A DNA stretch of 64,000 nt from Balanoglossus misakiensis. Its lineage: Eukaryota > Animalia > Hemichordata. Below, piece by piece: positions 57,236-64,000 of this stretch. A program made the position numbers and the translations under genes. Numbering within the stretch: the first letter of the stretch is position 1; each line of letters starts with the position of its first letter. The notes under the pieces were generated by a model. It saw nothing but the letters and a program-made list of their open reading frames with translations, was not told where the DNA came from and did no database searches. The stretch is taken from positions 62,001 to 126,000 of the forward strand of contig JBECUI020000031.1 in assembly GCA_040954595.2 (NCBI GenBank), written 5' to 3'.

Positions 57236-59798
57236 TGGTTTGGGGGGGTGCCGTTCACCCGGCCTTCAATGACCCAATCGTTGACGGACCAGCCTAGCTT
57301 GCCAGTTTCGGTCCCGGTGTACCAGCTTGGGGTTTTTAGTTGATCCAGGCTGACGGTGCTGCCAGAGGTGTTGGGGCTGGCTTGGGCATTGCCGTCAGGG
57401 TCTGTGATACTCTGATTCGCATAGCGGTAGCTGTTCGTTATGGTGCCAAAGGATGCTCCGACCAAACCACCCACCTGGGCACTGCCACTCTTCCCCAAGA
57501 CATTCCCTGTAGCATAGCTATTCGTTATGGTGCCTTGATTGAATACTCCTATCAAGCCGCCCACCACAGGAGAGAACATCCCCGAGACATCTCCAGTCGC
57601 ATAGCTATCTGTTATGCCACCACCTGAACTAGTCATATCCCCGACCAGACCACCCAGGGTCCTTTGCCCCGTGACATCCCCAGTGGCATAGCTGCCTGTT
57701 ATGCTAGCAGAGCTGTACCCGGCCAAGCCGCCCACAAGGTCGTTCATCCCCGAGACATCTCCAGTAGCATAGCTGCCTGTTATGGAGGCGTTATTATCTC
57801 CGACCAAACCACCCACCAGGAAGTTCCCCGAGACATCTCCAGTGGCATAGCTAGCCCTTATGCTGCCGCTGCTGTCTCCAACCAAACCACCCACGTTATT
57901 TCCCTGGCCCGAGACATCTCCAGTGGCATAGCTATCCCTTATGCTACCGCCGCTGTACCCAGCCAAGCCGCCCACGTTATTTCCCTGGCCCGAGACATTT
58001 CCGGTGGAATAGCTATCCCTTATGCTGCCGCTGCTGGACCCAACCAAGCCACCCACGTTGCTGCTACCCGTGACAGAACCCGTGGTATAGCTGCCTGTTA
58101 TGGTTCCACCCGATACTCCAGCCAAACCACCAACGCTTCTGCTACCCGTGACAGAACCCGTAGCATAGCTGCCTATAATCTCTCCCTCGTTATACCCAAC
58201 CAAACTACCTACGTTAGAATTACCCGAGAAAGAGCCACCCAGCAGTGCCAGATCCTTAATTTGACCTCCAGCAAGCATAAAATTAAAAAAACCGACTCTA
58301 TTAGCTAAAGGTGTCGTGACGGTCATTCCCTCGATACTGTGGTTTTTACCATCAAAGTTCCCAGCATATCCACCACTTAGGTACTTTCCATCGTCGTCAT
58401 AAGTTCCAGGGCTAAGAGGGGTCCAGTTTCCGTTGTCGGCATCATCGTCGCTGTCGAAGGGGTCATCCCTGATCCCGTCGTTGTCGGCGTCAGCGAAGTT
58501 GAGGTCCATGCTTAGCTCGTAGTTCCAGTTATCGGGGTAGTTTTCCGTATCCACTCCGATTTTGGCCAGTTCACTTAGGCGGTGGATGTACTGCTTGCCA
58601 TTGGCGGTGGGGATGAGGGGGGTGGTGTAACGGTATTCAGCGCTGCCGTCGCTAAGCTTGGCATGCAGGTAGTAGAGCCTTTCATTGCTGACCCCGCTGA
58701 GTTCCACTGTCTGAGGGCCGGGGCTGCCTGTAAAGGAAACCTTCTTGACCATGATGCTTAAAGCCTGGTCGGTGAAGGCTTGGAGTTCTGATTCTAGTCC
58801 TAGGGGAGCGTCAACTTCAACCATGATTTTTCCAGAACGGGGAACGGCATCGGTAATGACGATGCCATGGGGAGAGTAAGGATTAGGAAGCGTTATCCAA
58901 TCCGTGAAGGCCTCCGGGGAGACCTGATTCCCTTTGGCCCGCAGGCGGTAGGAGGTACCGTCGGTCAGGCCAGTCAGGCTTATCTCCTGGGAAGTTGTTG
59001 CCGTCGGTTCGGAAACTGCTGTTGCGGTAGCTTCACTGCTAAAGTCAGCTTCGGTGTGAGCTTCAACGGTAATGCTAACGCCGGGTAGGGGCTTGAGGGT
59101 GATGATGAGGCTTTGGTAAGCCTGTCTTATGTTTTCAATGACAGAGGGGTCCAAGGCCCGTTCTAGACCGCCGAAGCCGCTCCAGAGGCCTTCAGTGTAG
59201 CCTGTTGTTTCTCCGATGGGGTAAAGGAAGGTGATCCCGGTCAAGGGGGCAGGAAAGGCCTCGGCGGGGCTGCCTATAAAGCTGGGGGCCATGGGGGCCA
59301 AGACGGTGAGTTTGTTAAGGGCCGTTCCGGCGAAGGCCAGATTGCCGATGGAGGTGATACCGTTACCTATCTGCACTTCGCTCAAGGAGGCAGATGAGCT
59401 GAAGGCCTCGTCTCCTATAGTCGTGACGCTGTTGGGAATATTTATGCTGGTGAGGGTGGAGTTTTTAAAGGCTGCCTCGGCTATGGCCGTAACGGGCTTG
59501 TTATAAATGAAAGAGGGTATGCTGAGGTCGGTGCTCTCTCGTCTTGCCAGACCAGTTATAGTGATTTCCCTGCCTTCGTCCTGGTAGGTAAGTGCGCCGA
59601 AACTAGGGGGGGCGGTGAGGTTGCTGCAGGAAGTTATCAGGTAGAAAACGAAAAGGAAAAGACCAACTTTGGCGGCTAGGGTTTTTCTATGTTGTCTTAC
59701 GCGGGGAAGTGAGTGAGTGAGTGAGTGAGTGAGTGAGTGAGTGAGTGAGTGAGTGAGTGAGTGAGTGAGTGAGTGAGTGAGTTGATAGATAAATTCAT
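57181..59798 (-). CDS. Phase-variable LRR/GLUG lipoprotein, copy 7 (OFF, n=18; otherwise intact)
   Basis: ATG lies 413 nt upstream of the track ORF start (2 mod 3). Confidence 0.9.
59708..59782 (-). repeat. SSR (CACT)18, copy 7
   Basis: 75 bp = (AGTG)18AGT. Confidence 0.97.
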
Positions 59799-60128
59799 AT
59801 GCTGGATCTCCTTACAAATTTGATTGGTCTACCCTATCGTAGTTATTCTTTTCTGTCAAGTCTTTGCCATAGGTAAAAGACTTTTTGATTGAGCAGTGAT
59901 CTTGAATAAGGACACTACGCTTCAAAGCTTATTGCGTTTTAGAGGGAAAGCCAAGTTTTTTGGAATTATTTTCTGTTTTTGGGGAAGACTTCGGGGTTGG
60001 GGCAGCGATGGAGAGGTCCAGGGGGGCTGGTTGGGGGAGATGAGCCCTCCAAGGCCCGCACGGACTGCGGGGCTTGGAGGGCGGGACTGCTGGTAGAGCC
60101 ATCATCCCCGCATTTGCGGGGGTGATGG

Positions 60129-62716
60129 CTAGGGGGTTGGCAGGGGGGTGTCGGGCTGGCCGGGGAAGTTGGTGATGTGGGGGTGGTAGGGGGGGGTGCC
60201 GTTCACCCGGCCTGTGATGACCCAGTCCTCGGCGGTCCAGCCTAGATTGCTTGAGTCGGTGGAGGTGTACCAGCTTGGGGTTTTTAGTTGATCCAGGCTG
60301 ACGGTGCTGCCATAGGTGTTGGGTGTAGCGTGGGCATTGCCGTCAGGGTCTGTGATACTCTGATTCGCATAGCGGTAGCTCTTCGTTATGGTGCCAAAGG
60401 ATACTCCGACCAAACCACCCACGTTATTGCTCTGTCCCGAGACATCCCCTGTAGCATAGCTATTCGTTAGGGTACCTCCATTGAGTACTCCTATCAAACC
60501 ACCCGCAGCATCGTTACACGTGACATCACCAGTAGCATAGCTGCCTGTTATGCCACGGCTCTGTCCAACCAAACCACCTACCTGATTACTCTGCCCCGAG
60601 ACATCTCCAGTGGCATAGCTGCCTGTTATGATAGCAGTGCTGTGCCCGGCCAAACCACCTACCTGAGAATCCTGCCCCGAGACATCTCCAGTGGCATAGC
60701 TGCCTGTTATGCTACTAGTGCTGAGCCCAGCCAAGCCACCCACAATGTCACTCATCCCCGAGACATCTCCAGTAGCATAGCTGCCTGTTATGCTAGCAGT
60801 GCTGTGCCCGGCCAAGCCGCCCACGTTAGTTCCCTGACCCGTGACATCTCCAGTGGCATGGCTATCTGTTATGGAAGCACGGCTCTGTCCAACCAAACCA
60901 CCCACGGTACCCCCCTGCCCCGAGACATCTCCGGTGGAATAGCTATCCCTTATGCTACCGCCGCTGTACCCAGCCAAACCACCAACGTTGCTGCTACCCG
61001 TGACAGAACCCGTGGTATAGCTGCCTGTTATGGTTCCACCCGATACTCCAGCCAAACCACCAACGCTTCTGCTACCCGTGACAGAACCCGTAGCATAGCT
61101 GCCTATAATCTCTCCCTCGTTATACCCAACCAAACTACCTACGTTAGAATTGCCCGAGAAAGAGCCACCCAGCAGTGCCAGATCCTTAATTTGACCTCCA
61201 GCAAGCATAAAATTAAAAAAACCGACTCTATTAGCTAAAGGTGTCGTGACGGTCATTCCCTCGATACTGTGGTTTTTACCATCAAAGTTCCCAGCATATC
61301 CACCGCTTAGGTAGTTGCCATCGTCGTCATAAGTTCCAGGGCTAAGAGGGGTCCAGTTTCCGTTGTCGGCATCATCGTCGCTGTCGAAGGGGTCATCCCT
61401 GATCCCGTCGTTGTCAGCGTCAGCGAAGTTGAGGTCCATGCTTAGCTCGTAGTTCCAGTTATCGGGGTAGTTTTCCGTATCCACTCCGATTTTGGCCAGT
61501 TCACTTAGGCGGTGGATGTACTGCTTGCCGTCGGCGGTGGGGATGAGGGGGGTGGTGTAACGGTATTCAGCGCTGCCGTCGCTAAGCTTGGCATGCAGGT
61601 AGTAGGGCCTTTCATTGCTGACCCCGCTGAGTTCCACTGTCTGAGGGCCGGGGCTGCCTGTAAAGGAAACCTGCTTGACCATGATGCTTAAAGCCTGGTC
61701 GGTGAAGGCTTGGAGTTCTGCTTCTAGTCCTAGGGGAGCGTCAACTTCAACCATGATTTTTCCAGAACGGGGAACGGCATCGGTAATGACGATGCCATGG
61801 GGAGAATAAGGATTAGGAAGCGTTATCCAATCCGTGGAGGCCTCCGGGGAGACCTGGCTCCCTTTGGCCCGCAGGTGGTAGGAGGTACCATCGGTCAGGC
61901 CAGTCAGGCTTATCTCCTGGGATGTTGTTGCCGTCGGTTCGGAAACTGCTGTTGCGGTAGCTTCACTGCTAAAGTCAGCTTCGGTGTGAGCTTCTACGGT
62001 AATGCTAACGCCGGGTAGGGGCTTGAGGGTGATGATGAGGCTTTGGTAAGCCTGTCTTATGTTTTCAATGACAGCGGGGTCCAAGGCCTGTTCTGGACCG
62101 CCGAAGCCGCTCCAGAGGCCTTCAGTGTAGCCTGTTGTTTCTCCGATGGGGTAAAGGAGGGTGATCCCGGTCAAGGGGGCGGGAAAGGCCTCGGGAGGAC
62201 TGCCTATAAAGCTGGGGGCCCTAGAGGCCAGGATGCTTAGCTTGTTGAGAGCCGTTCCGGCGAAGGCCAGATTGCCGATGGAGGTGATACCGTTACCTAT
62301 CTGCACTTCGCTCAAGGAGGCAGCTGAGCTGAAGGCCTCGTCTCCTATAGTCGTGACGCTGTTGGGAATATTTATGCTGGTAAGGGTGGAATTTTTAAAG
62401 GCTGCCTCGGCTATGGCCGTAACGGGCTTGTTATAAATGAAAGAGGGTATGCTGAGGTCGGTGCTGTCTTGTCTTGCCAGACCAGTTATAGTGATTTCCC
62501 TGCCTTCGTCCTGGTAGGTAAGTGCGTCGAAACTAGGGGGGGCGGTGAGGTTGCTGCAGGAAGTTATCAGGTAGAAAACGAAAAGGAAAAGACCAACTTT
62601 AGTGGCTAGGGTTTTTCTATGTTGTCTTACGCGGGGAAGTGAGTGAGTGAGTGAGTGAGTGAGTGAGTGAGTGAGTGAGTGAGTGAGTGAGTGAGTGAGT
62701 TGATAGATAAATTCAT
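60129..62716 (-). CDS. Phase-variable LRR/GLUG lipoprotein, copy 8 (OFF, n=15; otherwise intact)
   Basis: ATG lies 401 nt upstream of the track ORF start (2 mod 3). Confidence 0.9.
62638..62700 (-). repeat. SSR (CACT)15, copy 8
   Basis: 63 bp = (AGTG)15AGT. Confidence 0.97.
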
Positions 62717-63049
62717 ATGCTGGATCTCCTTACAAATTTGATTGGTCTATCCTATCGTAGGTATTCTTTTTTGTCAAGTCTTTTCTATAGGTAAAAGACT
62801 TTTTGATTGAGCAGTGATCTTGAATAAGGACACTACGCTTCTAAAGCTTATGACGTTTTAGAGAGAATGCTAAGTTTTTTGGAATTATTTTCTGTTTTTG
62901 GGGAAGACTTCAGGGTTGGGGCGGCGATGGAGAGGTCCAGGGGGGGGCTGGTTGGGGGAGATGAGCCCTCCAAGGCCCGCACGGACTGCGGGGCTTGGAG
63001 GGCGGGATTGCTGGTAGAGGCATCATTCCCGCATTTGCGGGGGTGATGG

Positions 63050-64000
63050 CTAGGGGGTTGGTAGGGGGGTGTCGGGCTGGCCGGGGAAGTTGGTGATGTG
63101 GGGGTGGTAGGCGGGGGTGCCGTTCACCCGGCCTTCAATGACCCAATCGTTGACGGACCAGCCTAGCTTGCCAATTTCGGTTCCAGTGTACCAGCTTGGG
63201 GTTTTTAGTTGATCCAGGCTGACGGTGCTGCCAGAGGTGTTGGGGCTGGCTTGGGCATTGCCGTCAGGGTCTGTGAAACTCTGATTCACATAGCGGTAGC
63301 TGTTGGTTATGGTGCCTGTATCAATTAGTCCTATCAAACCACCCAGGTCGGCCCCTTGCCCCGAGACATTCCCAGTGGCATAGCTGTTTGTTATGCTACC
63401 GAAGCTGTGATTACCGACCAAACCACCCACGATGTTCCCTTGCCCCGAGAGATCCCCAGTGGCATAGCTGTTCTCTATGCTGCCTGAGTTGAATCCCGCC
63501 AAGCCGCCCAAATTGTCGCTGACCCCCGAAACAGTACCGGTGGCATAGCTGTCTGTTATGGAAGAAGTGTTGGTTCCAGCCAAACCACCCACAGTACCGT
63601 CCCCCGAGACATCTCCAGTGGCATAGTTGCCTGTCATGGAGGCTCTATTATTTCCAACCAAACCACCTACGTCCCTACCCTGACCTGAGACATTCCCGGT
63701 GGCATAGCTGCCTGTTATGGTGAATTGGCTGTGTCCAACCAAACCACCTACACTAGCGTCCCCCGAAACAGTACCAGTGGCATAGCTGTCTGTTATGGGA
63801 GCAAAGTTCCTTCCGACCAAACCACCTACAATGTGACTCTGCCCTGAGACATTCCCGGTGGCATAGCTGCTCGTTATGCTTCCCATTATCCAGCTGAATC
63901 CAACCAAACCACCCACGTAGTCCCCCTGACCCGAGACATCTCCAGTGGTATAGCTAGCCTTTATACTGCCGTCGTTGTACCCAGCCAAGCCACCCACATA
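63050..64000 (-). CDS. GLUG lipoprotein, copy 9, 3' part only
   Basis: GLUG repeats and the conserved C-terminus DQLKTPSWY...PGQPDTPLPTP; the 5' end lies outside the window. Confidence 0.9.
   Translation of the reverse strand, partial: YVGGLAGYNDGSIKASYTTGDVSGQGDYVGGLVGFSWIMGSITSSYATGNVSGQSHIVGGLVGRNFAPITDSYATGTVSGDASVGGLVGHSQFTITGSYATGNVSGQGRDVGGLVGNNRASMTGNYATGDVSGDGTVGGLAGTNTSSITDSYATGTVSGVSDNLGGLAGFNSGSIENSYATGDLSGQGNIVGGLVGNHSFGSITNSYATGNVSGQGADLGGLIGLIDTGTITNSYRYVNQSFTDPDGNAQASPNTSGSTVSLDQLKTPSWYTGTEIGKLGWSVNDWVIEGRVNGTPAYHPHITNFPGQPDTPLPTP

Larger units (their letters stand above)
38298..64000 (-). repeat. Tandem array of at least 9 paralogous units of about 2.9-3.3 kb (promoter, SSR, lipoprotein gene, 156-bp repeats)
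   Basis: Start codons at 40947, 43876, 46969, 50263, 53386, 56536, 59798 and 62716; near-identical 5' two-thirds; array continues past the window end. Confidence 0.98.

Noticed and set aside
41170-63050. Integron cassette array with attC sites
   Set aside because: The hairpins lack RYYYAAC/GTTRRRY ends, every gene has its own promoter, all genes are paralogues, and there is no integrase.
38298-64000. Diversity-generating retroelement (duplicated gene 3' end plus hairpin)
   Set aside because: No reverse transcriptase is seen, the duplicated 3' end is the conserved part, and variation is segmental rather than adenine-specific.
38298-64000. Array as a pure assembly artefact
   Set aside because: Copies differ by many in-frame, codon-coherent blocks, SSR lengths and repeat counts, which error cannot generate. 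Exact order and mosaic junctions still need spanning reads.

Overview
Bacterial chromosomal DNA, most likely from a spirochaete (inferred from the spirochaete-type fusA with its downstream P-loop gene, the lolA-rodZ pair, a BMP lipoprotein ABC system and a relaxed lipobox). Bases 1-38100 hold housekeeping and accessory genes: leuS, lipid acyl- and glycosyltransferases, a sulfatase/BMP-ABC/DeoR block flanked by a 539-bp direct repeat, fusA, a PadR-linked envelope transport operon with an upstream operator-like array, uvrD, gnd and a LarA-like gene. Bases 38298-64000 are a head-to-tail array of at least 9 paralogous, roughly 3-kb lipoprotein genes (BspA-type LRR, FN3-like region, acidic Ca-binding-like loop, variable GLUG repeats). 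Each of the 8 complete copies has its own sigma70 promoter and RBS. Each also has a (CACT)n tract between the ATG and the signal peptide, with n = 17+1 degenerate, 12, 15, 12, 18, 14, 18, 15. Only n = 1 mod 3 is in frame, so every visible copy reads as OFF, and the ORF track misses the true starts. The GLUG regions are mosaics of shared segments, and the genes are separated by 1-3 copies of a 156-bp double-hairpin repeat. Together this looks like a multi-gene phase and antigenic variation system. Caveat: the sequence has many single-base homopolymer indels, including three in essential leuS, so individual frameshifts may be sequencing errors.
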